Positions 1 to 11,060 of a stretch of 39,121 bases of DNA are shown here, piece after piece. Made by a program: the position numbers and the translations under genes. Below the pieces are notes generated by a model, which searched no databases, was not told the origin of the DNA, and saw only the letters and a list, made by a program, of their open reading frames with translations. How positions within the stretch are numbered: position 1 is the first letter of the stretch; each line of letters begins with the position of its first letter. The DNA is from Malacoraja senta (Eukaryota): positions 1 to 39,121 of the forward strand of contig JAXLNO010004702.1 of NCBI GenBank assembly GCA_038087875.1, in the 5' to 3' direction.

Positions 1-1125
1 CAGAATCATGGACTACACTCAAATAACTTTTTCAGATATTTACAAATTAGAGATTATGTTAAATCCAATACACAAGTTTATAGGACTAGGGAACCAGAAA
101 TTCTTGATGAATGTTTGAATACGCATCCTAACACTGAAAAATTAATAGCTTATATTTATAACATTCTCCTAAATAATGAGGAACCACCGATGGAACTATA
201 TATACATAAATGGGAAAATGAGTTAGGTTATCCTATTACGAAAGATATTTGGGACGAAAGTTTACAACATATACATCAATGTTCGTTAAATGCCAGACAT
301 GCTTTAATACAATTTAAAGTCTTACACAGATTACATTATTCCAAAATAAAACTAAATAGAATTTTCCCACATATTTCTCCTATATGTGATAAATGGCTGC
401 ACCTAGAGGCCAATTTAACACATACCTTTGCAAATTGTATAAAAATTAAAAATTACTGGACATATTTTTCAAATAATCTCTGAAGTTGTTAATACCAAAT
501 TGGCTCCAGACTCAAAATTAATAATACTTGGGATATCAGAACAAAGTTTAACACTCACAACAAGCCAAAGAAACTTCCTTGACTACAGTATAATAACTGG
601 GAAAAAAATAATATTAAAATTCTGGAAAGGCCCTACAACCCCCACAATTAAAATGTGGATTGTGGAAATGTCGGAGACCCTACATCTAGAAAGAATTAGA
701 CTTGTCTTAATGGACAAGCAAGAACTTTTTGTTAAAATATGGGCTCCATTCATTGCCTATTTGAAGGGATAGAGTGGCCCAGCGCGAAAGCCCGACTGAA
801 GCTTGAACTCAGGATTAGATGTAATTATATTTCATAACCTACGAACTTATCTCCTATGACGTATTATAAGTTATTCATTCCACCTCTTTTTCTTTTTTGA
901 TATTGTAATTCTTCTTTCTCTCTTTTCTTTCTTCTTTCTCTCTATTTTTCTTTTTCTATCTATATAAAAAAAAAAACACTAGAAGCAGAAATAACTGACA
1001 ATTGACAAATTTAATAATGTATGAGTGATTGATGTATATGAAAAGTTTTTTCTTCTATTATAATATGTTACTCTACATTGTAATATGTTTGCTTCTAATA
1101 AAAATTTATATCACAAAAAAAAAAA
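1..1125 (+). mobile_element. 3' end of a degenerate L1 LINE (ORF2 C-terminus, 3'UTR, polyA)
   Basis: ORFs 115-483 and 500-772 resemble the L1 ORF2 C-terminus (WENELG...SLNARHALIQFKVLHR...CDK, PTIKMW), broken by a stop/frameshift near 481. AATAAA at 1097-1102 and an A-tract at 1115-1125. Confidence 0.9.
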
Positions 1126-2963
1126 TGTTTATCTGATAGCACAGATGGCGCTGCAAGCTACTATGGCCAGTATAATGGTTTACAAAGTAAAATTGCTGAT
1201 GTGGCTGATCAACATGTTCATATACAATACAATACAATACGGTTTTATTCGTCACATTGCACATAAAGTGCAAGTGAAATGGTGCTATGCCCATTTCTTG
1301 AATTTGGTGATAACTGAAACAACAAATGTTGTGAGCCTGCAGTTTATTTTTTCAATTTGCTCCAGAATAGAGCAACTTTTGTGAAAGCATCATACAAGAG
1401 AATGGCTGTATGGATAGAAGTTGTTGGAAAACATCTAGGATAAGAAAAAAATGAAACGATTAAAGCTAATTGGTGAGACCAGATGGTCAGGAAAATCCAA
1501 TGCAGCAACAACTATATTTGGAAGTTTTGATGATGCCGCTGCCAGTACTTTCGTAAATCTATTGACATGATTATCAATGATACAAGATTCAGAAAAGTTT
1601 GATGCAAAAACAAAACATGAAGCAAATGTTTTACTTCAAAGTCTTCTAAAGTTTGAAACCATATTGACAGCATTTATTTACTTGTATATATTTGAAACTA
1701 CAACCCCGTTATCAAGTTATCTACAGACAAGTGGGTTAGATATGTTTACTGCATGGAGTTTGGTAGATTCAGCTACAACAAAGTTGAAGGAACAGACAAG
1801 AACATTTAATAACGTTCACAGCAAGGCTTTGGAATATGTAAAGAAATGTAATGACAGGATTTCACAGATGAATATGGATGAAAATCAAACATTGGAAATT
1901 ATTGCGTTGGAAACAGCATTGCCAGTTAAGAGGCAGAGGAAGAAGAAAATAATGGCAGATGAGCTTATTGATGATAAAAGAAATTCCTCAGATTCTCTAG
2001 CTGATTTTTGAGTAAATGTGTTTAACCCAATAATGGATCGCATTGTCCAGTCACTAGAATCACGCTTTGTACAACACAAACAGTTGTATAAAGATTTGTC
2101 CTGCTTGGACCCAGCAAAGTTTAAAACTATTGCAGAGAAGGGCCTTGAAGATGAAGCATTGGAAGGTATTATTAAGCTGTTTCCACAAATCAGCAAAGAT
2201 CAAGTAATATTGGAATTGTTTTCTTTTGCTTCAAACTTTGATGTATTAAAGTTGCTTAATGATGGTGAGAATATGGATTCCAGTTGCAACAATTGTAAAA
2301 TGTGCAGCACTTGCCCATCGAGTGTACTAAACACTCTGGCATCCAACAGACTTCATGACAAGGCATATGATAACCTTTATCAACTTTATAAAGTCATCTG
2401 CACACTATCAGTTACTCAAGTCCAATGTGAGAGGACATTTTCAAAGCTAAAGATCATAAAGACAAGGTTAAGAAATTCGCTGTCTGAGGAGAATTTGGAA
2501 TCATACATGTTGCTAACCATTGAAAAGGAATTGTTAGATGAATTGGATGCAGAAGCAATTATTGGCAGATTCGCACAATCATCTAGCGAACACAAACGAT
2601 TGCTCTTAATATAGTGGACTGCATGCAATGCTCTATTGTGCTTTTCAACTATCTGTTAATGTGTAAATTGTGCAGTAAATTATTTTAAAATATCAACCAA
2701 TTACTTAAAATTAAAAAAAAAAAAAATTATAACATTCTGTATTTACATTCGGTATCTACTGCCAGTAATATGTACAGTACATGTACACTGTAATTACTAA
2801 GAACCATTTTTTTCACAAAAATTTTAAATTGTACCCTTTTTTCCATATGTATTTTTTGAAAATATTATTTATTCGTTATGAAAATTAAATGATAGCATTG
2901 TAGTTGTGGGTGGGCCCCGTTTGTCTCCTGGCAACCAATATTTTTAGACCCAGTCCGCCACTG
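1126..2963 (+). mobile_element. hAT DNA transposon remnant (C-terminal half of transposase plus right end)
   Basis: Translation gives DGA...HVHI/WCYAHFLNL, ETRW and the hAT dimerisation motif CERTFSKLKIIKTRLRNSL. Several stops and frameshifts (1441, 1567, 2009). Ends with CAGTCCGCCACTG at 2951-2963, the reverse complement of a CAGTGGCGG-type hAT terminus. Confidence 0.85.
1225..1279 (-). mobile_element. 55-bp retroelement 3' tail inserted in the hAT transposase
   Basis: Separates the codons for HI and WC. The reverse complement has AATAAA followed by a (TATTG)n tail. Confidence 0.65.
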
Positions 2964-3708
2964 CTTGCGGCACTCCACTCGCCACTTACTGCCATTCTGA
3001 AAAGGACCCGTTCACTCCTACTCTTTGCTTCCGGTCTGCCAACCAATTTTCTATCCATGTCAACACCTTACCCCCAATACCATGAGCTCTAATTTTAGTC
3101 ACCAGTGTCCCGTGCGGGACCTTATCAAATGCTTTCTGAAAGTCCAGGTACACTACATCCACTGGCACCCCTTCATCCATTTTACTTGTCACATCCTCAA
3201 AAAATTCCAGAAGATTAGTCAAGCATGATTTCCCTTTCATAAATCCATGTTGACGGACTAATCCTTTTACTGCTATCCAAATGCCCCATTATTACCTCTT
3301 TAATAATTGACTCCAGCATCTTTCCCACCACCGAAGTCAGGCTAACTGGTCTGTAATTCCCTGTTTTCTCTCTCGCTCCTTTCTTGAAAAGTGGGATAAC
3401 ATTAGCTATCCTCCAATCCACAGGAACTGATCCTGAATCTATTGAACATTGGAAAATGATCACCAATGCATCCACTATTTCTAGAGCCACCTCCCTGAGG
3501 ACCCTGGGATGCAGACCATCAGGTCCAGGGGATTTATCATCCTTCAGTCCCATTAGCCTACCCAATACTATTTCTCGCCTAATGAAAATTTCTTTCAGTT
3601 CCTCTACCCCCTTAGATCCTCTGTACTCCAGTACAGCTGGGAGATTGTTTGTGTCTTCCTTAGTGAAGACAGATCCGAAGTACCTATTCAACTCTTCTGC
3701 CATTTCCT
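2964..3708 (-). mobile_element. CR1 LINE reverse-transcriptase fragment
   Basis: ORFs 3215-3703 and 2986-3240 carry KSPGPDGLHP, NYRPVSLTS and VYLDFQKAFDKVPH. The sequence breaks at ASGVPQ, at the hAT junction. Confidence 0.92.
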
Positions 3709-3719
3709 GACAGGTATCT

Positions 3720-4230
3720 GACAGGTATATTTTTCACACAAAGTGTGGTAGGTGTATGGAACAAGCTGCCAGAGGAGGTACAGACAGGGACTATCGCAAA
3801 ATTTAAGAAACACTTAAACAGGTATATGGATAGGACATGTTCGGAGAGATATGGATCAAATGTGGACAGGAGGGACTAGTGTAGATGGGACATGCTGGGC
3901 CGAAGGGCCTGTTTCCACACTGTATCTCTCTATGACTATCTATCTTTCCCTCTCAAACCCATTCTCCTGCCTTCTCCCCATTACCTCTGACACCTGTATC
4001 AATCAAGAATCTATCAATCTCCTCCTGAAAAGTGTCCATTGACTTGACCTCCACAGCTGTCTGTGGCAATGAATTCCACAGTTCACCACCTTCTGACTTA
4101 AGAAAATCCTGCTCATCTTCTTCCTAAAGGAATGTATTTTAATTCTGAGGCTGTGGCCACTGGTTCTAGACTCTCCCACTAGTGGAAACATCCTCTCCAC
4201 ATCCACTCCATCCAGGTTTTTACCAGGCTG
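3720..4230. mobile_element. Two CR1 3' fragments (3720-3930 +, ~3955-4230 -)
   Basis: CR1 C-terminal coding remnants (VGVWNKLPEEV; FPLVGESRTSGHSLRIK) and CR1-type 3'UTR. Confidence 0.7.
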
Positions 4231-4434
4231 GGACAGACGGCAACAGCTTCACACCGTGTCCCAAAGCTTGTGTCCTGTCCTGCTTCACCCAGGCAGCAGA
4301 GACGTTATAGGAGAGGGCAAGCACCGTCACAAAGTAGCTCACGATGGTTTGGGTAACATTCAGGAATGTCTATGCATGTCACATCATGAATATAACTGAA
4401 GAAGGGTCTTGACCCGAAATATAATCTATACCTT

Positions 4435-4680
4435 TTCTCCAGAGATGCTGCCTGACCCAGTGATTTGCTCCAGCACTCTGTGAAATGTCACCTATCCATG
4501 TTCTCCGCAGATGCTGCCTGACTCACTGAGTTACTCCAGCGCTCTGTGACATGTCACCTATCCATGTTCTCCAGAGATGCTGCCTGACCCAATGAGTTAC
4601 TCCAGCACTCTGTGACATGTCACCTATCCATGTTCTCCACAGTTGCTGCCTGACCCGCTGAGTTATTCCAGCACTTTGTG
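4435..4680 (+). repeat. 66-bp minisatellite, ~3.7 copies, derived from a Penelope-like terminal repeat
   Basis: Units start TTCTCC at 4435, 4501, 4567 and 4633. Each has AGATGCTGCCTGACCC..GAGTTACTCCAGC, and the full units end ATGTCACCTATCCATG. Confidence 0.9.
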
Positions 4681-4829
4681 TCTATTTTCCCTTCAGCCAT
4701 GTGCCCAAGCCCACTCTCCCCTCTCCTTTCCTATGTTCCTTTCCACCCATAAACCTATCTCTACCTTTACATTTCACTCCTCTTTCAAATCTGCTCTACT
4801 TATCTACATGCATTTTTCTTCTTAACTTT

Positions 4830-5077
4830 TTAGTCATAGAATGATGCAGTGTGGAAACAGGCCCTTCAGCCCAACTTGCCCACACCGACCAACATGTCCC
4901 ATCTAAACTAGTCCCACTCACACGCGTCTGGCCCATATCCATGTAAACCTCTCCTATCCATGTACGTGTCCAAATGTCTCTTAAACATTAGGATAGTCCC
5001 AGCCTTAACTACCTCCTCTGGCAGCTTGTTCCATATACCCACCACCCTTTGTGTGAAAAAGCTACCTCTCAGATTCC
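4830..5077 (-). mobile_element. CR1 3' fragment
   Basis: Minus-strand ORF has FFTQRVVGIWNKLPEEVVKAG...FKRHLD, followed by a CR1/SINE-type 3' end. Confidence 0.75.
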
Positions 5078-5329
5078 TGTTAATTTCTGAAATATTGGTC
5101 ATGAATTTGATGCAAAAATGCTCCAAAATAAGGCTCAGAATGCATCAGAGAGCATCTAAAACCCCTGGACCCTGGCATCGAGGGACTTCACACTTCACGC
5201 TCGTGATGTGCACAGCGCGCACATTATTTCACATTACAATCATGCACAGCGCGCACATTATTTCACATTACAATCTTTTTGTGATCCTGTCATGCCACCC
5301 CCCTTTTTGAAAAGCTTCGTACGGGACTG
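5078..5329. mobile_element. Truncated hAT-like DNA transposon end with an internal 34-bp tandem duplication (5209-5275)
   Basis: Interrupts the CR1 fragment and ends ...TACGGGACTG (reverse complement CAGTCCCGTA). TGCACAGCGCGCACATTATTTCACATTACAATC occurs twice. No partner terminus found. Confidence 0.45.
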
Positions 5330-5639
5330 AGTTAGGAAGGCATGTTGGTGCTTTACAGGTCATCAGCCACTGTGTAGCACTGGGAGATGGTACTGATGAG
5401 TACAGTTTAGTCCTGGCACAGCAGTGTGTACTGATAGGGACAGATCTATCACTGCATAACAGAGAATGCTGGAGAAACTCAAGAGGTCAGGCAGCATCTG
5501 TGGAGGGAATGGACAGACAACATTTTTAGTTGGGACTATTCTTCACACTGATTGTAGTATGGGGGAAGAAAGCTGGAAAAGAAAGCTGCCGTCCAAAAAC
5601 GAAAACTTGAATAAGCCCTTGATATAAGCCTGGCCGATT

Positions 5640-6135
5640 GTTTCACTGAACACCTTCACTCATTCCGCCTGGACCTACCTGATCTCCCGGTTCCCAAACA
5701 CTTTACTTCCCCTTCCCATTCCCACACTGACCTTTCAGTCCTGGGCCTCCTCTTTTGTCAGAGTGAGGCCAAACGCAAATTAGAGGAACAGCATCTCATA
5801 TTTCACTTGGGCAGCTTACAACCAGTGGTATGAATATTGAGTTCTCTGACTTCGTAATCCCTGCATTCCCTCTCTCTCCATCCCTCCCCCACCCAAGTCG
5901 TACCAGCTTCAAAGTCCCTTCTCACCTAACAAACAGCTAACAATGGCCTGTTTTCTTTATCATCATTACTTTTGTGCAAATCTTTCATTGATTTGATCTA
6001 TAGCTCTCTACATCACCGTCTATATCTCCCGTTTCCCTTTCCCCAGTCTGAAGAAGGGTCTCAAACCGAAATGTCACCTTTTCTCCAGAGATGCTATCTG
6101 ACCAGGTGAGTTACTCCAGCTTTTTGTGTCTATCT
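5640..6135 (+). mobile_element. Penelope-like element 3' fragment (GIY-YIG endonuclease remnant plus terminal repeat)
   Basis: Homologous to the 26455-26710 segment (DLPV..HF...SVLGLL..QSEAKRKLEEQHLIF). Followed by CTGAAGAAGGGTCTCAAACCGAAATGTCACC at 6048. Confidence 0.75.
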
Positions 6136-6499
6136 TCAGTGTAAGCTGTAGCTTGCAAAAGGGTGGTTAATAAATATTATGTGAATGCTGCAGTGGGATT
6201 AAACAATGTCGATAATTGATGCGTAACTGACAGGAAGCAAAACTTTTTGTAAAATATCTCCTTTGTTCTGGAGGTGCATAACAATGTTGTCACTGCCCCT
6301 GTAGCATCTGGTGCCCTCTTGTGGTCAAAGTTACAGTAATCTGGCGGTTGCTGTCCACAGATATTTTATTACAAATTTGGAACAACAAAATTGATGCTGA
6401 GTCTCATCCCGGAATGTCAATAATTTCCTCCCTCCCCACAGATGCTGCTCGACCGCTGAGTTCCCCTAGGCTCCAGCAGTTTGTTTGTTGCTCCAGATT

Positions 6500-6725
6500 A
6501 TGAGAGGCGTAGACAGTCAGAACCATTTCACCAGTTTGGAAATGCTCAACTTTAGAGGCCAGAGTTAGAAAGTGAAAAGGGGAAGGTTTAATGGAGAAGT
6601 AGAGGGCATGTTTCTTTATACAGTGGGCGGGCGGGGGGGGGGGGTGGAACGCACTGTATGGGTGGTGGTAGTACAGATATGATAGTAGGATTTAAGAGAC
6701 TTTCAGATAGGCACATGGAAGTGCG
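6500..6725 (+). mobile_element. CR1 3' fragment
   Basis: GTAGACAGTCAGAACC...AGAGG....TTAGAAAGTGAAAAGGGGAAGGTTTAATGG-type CR1 C-terminal sequence. Confidence 0.6.
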
Positions 6726-6896
6726 GGGAATAATAATGAATTTTATTTATGGGCGCCTTATACCGAGGTCTCAAGGACACCTTACAGAGATTTATGGTTA
6801 ACATATAATCAGAATTAAAAAAATAAGTTATAAAGGCCAATACACAAATCAGGGACAGAATTCCTTCCAAAAACACAAAAAAGAAAATCAGACCAT

Positions 6897-7208
6897 TTTG
6901 TTTAGTTTTAGAGATACAGCGCTGAAATAGTCCCTTCATCCTACTGAGTCCGCGCCGACCAGCGATCCCCATAAACCAGCACCATCCGACACAGGTGAGA
7001 CAATTTACCATTGTTTTTACCGAAGGACAATAACTTACAAACCTGTATGTCTTTGGAGTGTGGGAGGAAATCAGAGCTCCCGGAGAAATCCCATGTGATC
7101 ACGGGGAGAACGTACAAACACCTTACTGACAGCACCCGTTGTCAGGATCGAACCCGGGTCTCTGGCGCTGTAAGACAGCAGCTCCACCTCTGCGCCATTG
7201 TGCCACCC
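6897..7208 (-). mobile_element. tRNA-derived V-SINE (HE1-like)
   Basis: Minus strand shows a tRNA-like head (GGTGGCACAATGGCGCAG...GGTTCGATCCTG), the V-domain GTTCTCCCCGTG...TTTCCTCCCAC and a CTAAA-rich tail. About 10 related copies occur in the window. Confidence 0.85.
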
Positions 7209-7231
7209 CTAAATATGTTCACTATTCTATT

Positions 7232-7885
7232 GCAGAATCTCCAATCTCTCCCTCAATGTCAGCAAGGTGAATTTGAAGGAGCTAGTTATCGACTGCTGGA
7301 AGGAAGATGGTGTACAAGCCATAAGCTTCTGGGATGCACCGCAGCGGCAGAAGCAAATGACCACGGATCGCCCCACGGAACCCAACACGAATCGAGCAGG
7401 CGGCCGCCGAGAACGAACATGGACTCGGCCGGTCGCCTGCAGCCATATGTGGCGGCAGGTTTGGTTCGCCGGTGTGAAGAGCAACCCGGTGGAAGCTGCT
7501 GAGCTTGGCCCCGAAACCCGGAGAGTCGTGGAGGAGGGAGCCGCTGCCGCCGACGGACGCAAGGAATGGGCCGCTAAGAGAGGGACTGAGGTATTACCTC
7601 CAGGAGAGGAGTTGCCTCCCGGGACACAGAGCCAGTTGGGCGAGGAGAGGGACGTCTGTTGGCTGGCCGAGCTGGTCGAGGGTGACGGAGGAGGCCCCCC
7701 TGGCAATAGCCTGGGGTTTAACTGAGCTTACGTGGATCGGGGGCGCTCCAGTAAATCCAACATACGGACCGGACATTGGACTTTTTCTTTTTCTTTTGTA
7801 AATACTGCCAAATTACGGCGACGGGAGCAAGAATTTCACTGTGCAGTGCATAAGTGACAATAAAGAATCATTGAAACATTGAAGT
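7232..7885 (+). mobile_element. Rex/Babar (L2-group)-like fragment joined to a GC-rich repeat with retro-type tail
   Basis: Translation NLSLNVSKVNLKELVID resembles the NxLxLNxxKTKExxxD motif. Tail TTTCACTGT...TGACAATAAAGAATCATTGAAACATTGAA at ~7835-7882. Confidence 0.55.
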
Positions 7886-7984
7886 CAGAATCAATACTGT
7901 AGAAGTGCGAGTGCTGAAGTGGGAATGGTGAAGAACTTCAAATTCCTCGGCATGAACAACCTGTTGCATTTTAGTCACTGGGGC

Positions 7985-8480
7985 AGAACTTTTAAAAGAA
8001 TGGACGTTTAACAATCCATCTGCAGCAATATAGAAACAGAGAAAGCAGGTGCAGGAGTAGAAAATTATGGCCTTCAAGCCAGCACCGTCATTCAATATGA
8101 TCATGGCTGAGCATCCAGAATCAATACCCTGTTCCTGCTTTCTCCCCATATCCCTTGATTCTGTAGCCCTAAGATCTAACTCTCTCTTGAAGACATCGAG
8201 TGAATTGGCCTCCACTGCCTTCTGTGGCAGAGAATTCCACAGATTCACAACTATCTGGGTGAAAGCGTTTTTCTTCATCTCATTCCTAAATGGCCTACCC
8301 TTTACTCGTAAACTGTGACTCCTGGTTCTGGACTCCCCCCAATATCGGGAACATTTTTCCTGCATCTAACTGTCCAATCCCTTAAGAATTTTATATGCGT
8401 CTATAAGATCCCATCTCATCCTAAATTCCAGTGAATATAAGCCCAGTCAGTCCATTCTTTCATCATATGTTAGTCCCGCC
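7985..8480 (-). mobile_element. CR1 3' fragment
   Basis: ORF 7868-8365 has GESRTRSHSLRVKGRPFRNEMKKNAFTQIVVNLWNSLPQKAVEA. Confidence 0.85.
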
Positions 8481-8699
8481 ATACCGGCAAAAGAAATATT
8501 TTACTTTTTTATTGAACAATATCCTTGATTTTTTTGCTTTAAAAAAAAACATTCTGTTCCAGTCCCACCACAGAGATTTTTTGCTATATAATTCTTTGGC
8601 TCCTTTCCGCCTTCAATCAATTGAAAGCCAGAGTGGTAAAGACACTATTCATAGCATTGAGTATAAGAGTCAGGAAGTCATATGCTGCTTTATGGAACT

Positions 8700-8975
8700 T
8701 CAAAGATAGACACAAAATGCTGGAGTAACTCAGTGGGACAGGCAGCATCTCTGGATAGAAGGAATGGCTGACATTTCTGGTTGAGTCCCTTCAGGCTGAA
8801 GAGGAAAGGGAGACATGGAGATAAGGAAGTGTAAGGTATGAAAGAATGACATCAAATGAGATGTAGTTCAAGGAAAATGTAGAATAGATCATTATTAGCC
8901 AGGAGTAGGTGTGAACGAAGCATACATAGATAATTTTTAATCAGGGGGACAGTCAGACTGGTCGGAGAATAGAAC
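8700..8975 (-). mobile_element. Penelope-like terminal fragment
   Basis: GACACAAAATGCTGGAGTAACTCAG..GGCAGCATCTCTGG, plus sequence shared with 38845-39121. Confidence 0.6.
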
Positions 8976-9019
8976 TTCAGATAGGCCACTTTTAGAATAT
9001 TATCGGCATTTCTGGTTGC

Positions 9020-9285
9020 CCCAATGCAGGATGAATTTGGAAGCATGGAATTTGTGTAGAGGTGGTTTGCCAGAATGATGCACAGATTAGATATTAGCTG
9101 GAAGGAGAGGTTGGACAGACTTAGATTGTAATCGCTAGAATGCTGGAGGTTGATAAAAGTATATAAAACTATGAGAGGCATAGATGGGATAGAGAGTCAG
9201 AATCTTTTCCACAGGGTGTAAATATAAAGTAATGGAGAGTATAGTTTTCAGGTGAGTGGGACATGGTGTAAAGGGCCATGTATTA
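9020..9285 (+). mobile_element. CR1 3' fragment
   Basis: GAAGGAGAGGTTGGACAGACT...TGATAAAAGTATATAAAACTATGAGAGGCATAGAT-type CR1 sequence. Confidence 0.65.
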
Positions 9286-10010
9286 ACAGAAGGCTCAATG
9301 AGAGATTTCTGCACTGATGTTGAGACTGAGCTGCACATTTACACCTAGACACAACTTTAAACTGAGCTCATGTCTCTCCTCCCAGCTGAAAAAAAAGACG
9401 CATGGTATTACCTCAAATAAGGGCTGGGAAATTATTACACATGCATTGTCCAATTTTTATTACTTAAGCAATAACAGTAAAGTGGACTAAAGACAGACAC
9501 AAAAATGTTAGATAGAGCTCTAGAGGCTGGTGGAATCAAGGGATATGGGGAGAAGGCAGGCATTGATTGGGGACGATCAGCCATGATCACCATGAATGGC
9601 AGTGCTGGCTCGAAGGGCCGAAGGGCCTCCTCATGCACCTATTTTCTATGCTTATAAAAAGATGGAGTAACTCAGCAGGTCAGGCACTTCTGGGAAAAAG
9701 GAAAAGGTGACGATTTGTGTTGAGACCCTTCCCGAAATGTCACCTATTCCTTTCCCCCAGAAATGCTGCCTGACCCGCTGAGTTACTCCAGCTTTTTGCA
9801 TCTGCCTACAGTAAAACAAGCATCTGCAGTTCCTTCCTACACAGTAAAGTAGACTATCTGGTTTATCTAACACTGCAGTTTGTGGAATTGACTGCATTCT
9901 GAATTGTAAAATCATTATACTTTGAGAAACATCTATTCGGCTGTAAGATGCTATGTGAAATATGGTTTTGTAATTGTTGTCCTTAAAACACCAATATAAT
10001 CCCTACCATA

Positions 10011-10112
10011 AAACCCAATCCGTAAACTGTATTCACTGGTAATTAGTGACGAGAACAAGTGGTCTCATTCCCATTGGATCTGGTTATCAGGTTTGTGTAT
10101 ACATGGACCAAT
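10011..10112 (+). promoter_or_regulatory. MHC-type S-X-Y promoter module plus CCAAT box
   Basis: S-like AAACCC 10011-10016; RFX-half-site-like GGTAAT 10038-10043; X2/CRE half-site TGACG 10047-10051; 21-nt spacer; Y box ATTGG 10073-10077 in context TCCCATTGG; CCAAT 10108-10112. Lies about 100-200 nt upstream of the leader ATG. Order and spacing resemble class I SXY modules. Confidence 0.7.
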
Positions 10113-10156
10113 AATTACCTTCACACCAGAGTTCTGTTAAAAACGTACAAGAGATT

Positions 10157-10213
10157 ATGTTACTGTTGCTGCATTTACTCTGCTGGTTAAATAGTGCTGT
10201 GGGCGGCTGTTAA
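10157..10213 (+). other. Upstream ORF MLLLLHLLCWLNSAVGGC*, ending 2 nt before the main ATG
   Basis: ATG at 10157, TAA at 10211-10213, then AC, then ATG at 10216. Out of frame with the main CDS. Confidence 0.6.
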
Positions 10214-10215
10214 AC

Positions 10216-10267
10216 ATGCTTCTTTTTACCTTACTGAACACTTACGGTGTGGCCACTGTCTCCTCTG
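10216..10267 (+). CDS. MHC class I-like exon 1 (signal peptide MLLFTLLNTYGVATVSS-D)
   Basis: 17 codons plus 1 nt, then the strong donor G|GTAAGC at 10268. Phase 1 joins AT of exon 2 to give Asp1. Lies directly downstream of the SXY module. Confidence 0.8.
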
Positions 10268-10570
10268 GTAAGCAATACTGCTTCAACCTGTGAACTTTGA
10301 GGAAACAACAAAACTGATTATATTTACTGTTGCACAGTGCCTGTGTTTGCCCTGGGTTCATTGTCTTGGATGTATTAATTGAATGATTGAATTGAATGTA
10401 TTAATAATTTTGGGTAACGGTCTTTCCTTAGTTGTAAAGGCTCCTGTGGGAAGTTATATATACTATGGTTACCTTGGCAATCCATTGAACAGAAGAACTG
10501 AATACATGTAAATAATGAACATAGAACATAGTACAATACAGCACAGGAGCAGGTCCTTCAGTCCTTCAGT

Positions 10571-10598
10571 CTGAAGAAGGGTCTCGACCCGAAACGTC
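10571..10598 (+). ncRNA. Minimal type-I hammerhead ribozyme motif in a Penelope-like terminal repeat (best copy)
   Basis: CTGAAGA core, extra A, helix II GGGT-CTCG-ACCC, GAAAC, GTC cleavage triplet. Helix III is the palindromic ACGT. Helix I is only ~2 bp (GT/AC). Confidence 0.6.
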
Positions 10599-10659
10599 AC
10601 CCGTTCCTTTTCTCCAGAGATGCTGCCTGACCCGCTGTTACCTCAGCATTTTGTCTACC

Positions 10660-11060
10660 TTCGGCCCACAATGTCTGTGCCGAACAAACTAAACTAATCT
10701 CCTCTACCTGTATGTGATCTGTATCCGGCCATTCCCTGCCTATCTATGTACCTATCTAAAAGCCTCTGAAATGTAACTGTTATATCTGCCACCATCACCA
10801 CAACCACCACTGGCAGCGCGTTACAGATGTCCACCACCCTCCACATAAAACAACTTGCTCCGCTCATCTCCTTTGAACATTGCTTCTCCAACCTTAAAGT
10901 GATGTTCTCTGGTCTTCAACATTTCCACCCTGGGAAAAAGGTTCTGGCTGTCCACTCTGTCTGTGCCTCTCACCATGTTGTGCACTTTCATCAGGTCTCC
11001 CTTCAACGTCCAGTATACAAGAGAAAACAATCCATGTTTGTCCAATCTGTCCTTGCACTA
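10660..11060 (-). mobile_element. CR1 3' fragment
   Basis: Minus ORFs contain LKGDLMKVHNMVRGTDRVDSQNLFPRVEMLKTREH. Confidence 0.75.

Noticed and set aside
4435-4680. CRISPR-like periodicity
   Set aside because: Whole units are repeated with no unique spacers, the context is vertebrate and there are no cas genes.
7232-7313. Exon-like segment (ttgcag acceptor) and a minus-strand peptide SFKFTLLTLRERL resembling the end of a class I alpha1 helix
   Set aside because: The plus frame matches the Rex/Babar RT motif NLSLNVSK..KELVID, so it is a LINE relic.
7227-7801. Several overlapping 100-160 aa ORFs
   Set aside because: GC-rich repeat with few stops; no domain similarity or splice support.
10201-10210. 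First leader-like ORF spliced at GGCG|GCTGTT as the true exon 1
   Set aside because: The donor is non-canonical and weak; the second leader has a strong phase-1 GTAAGC donor.
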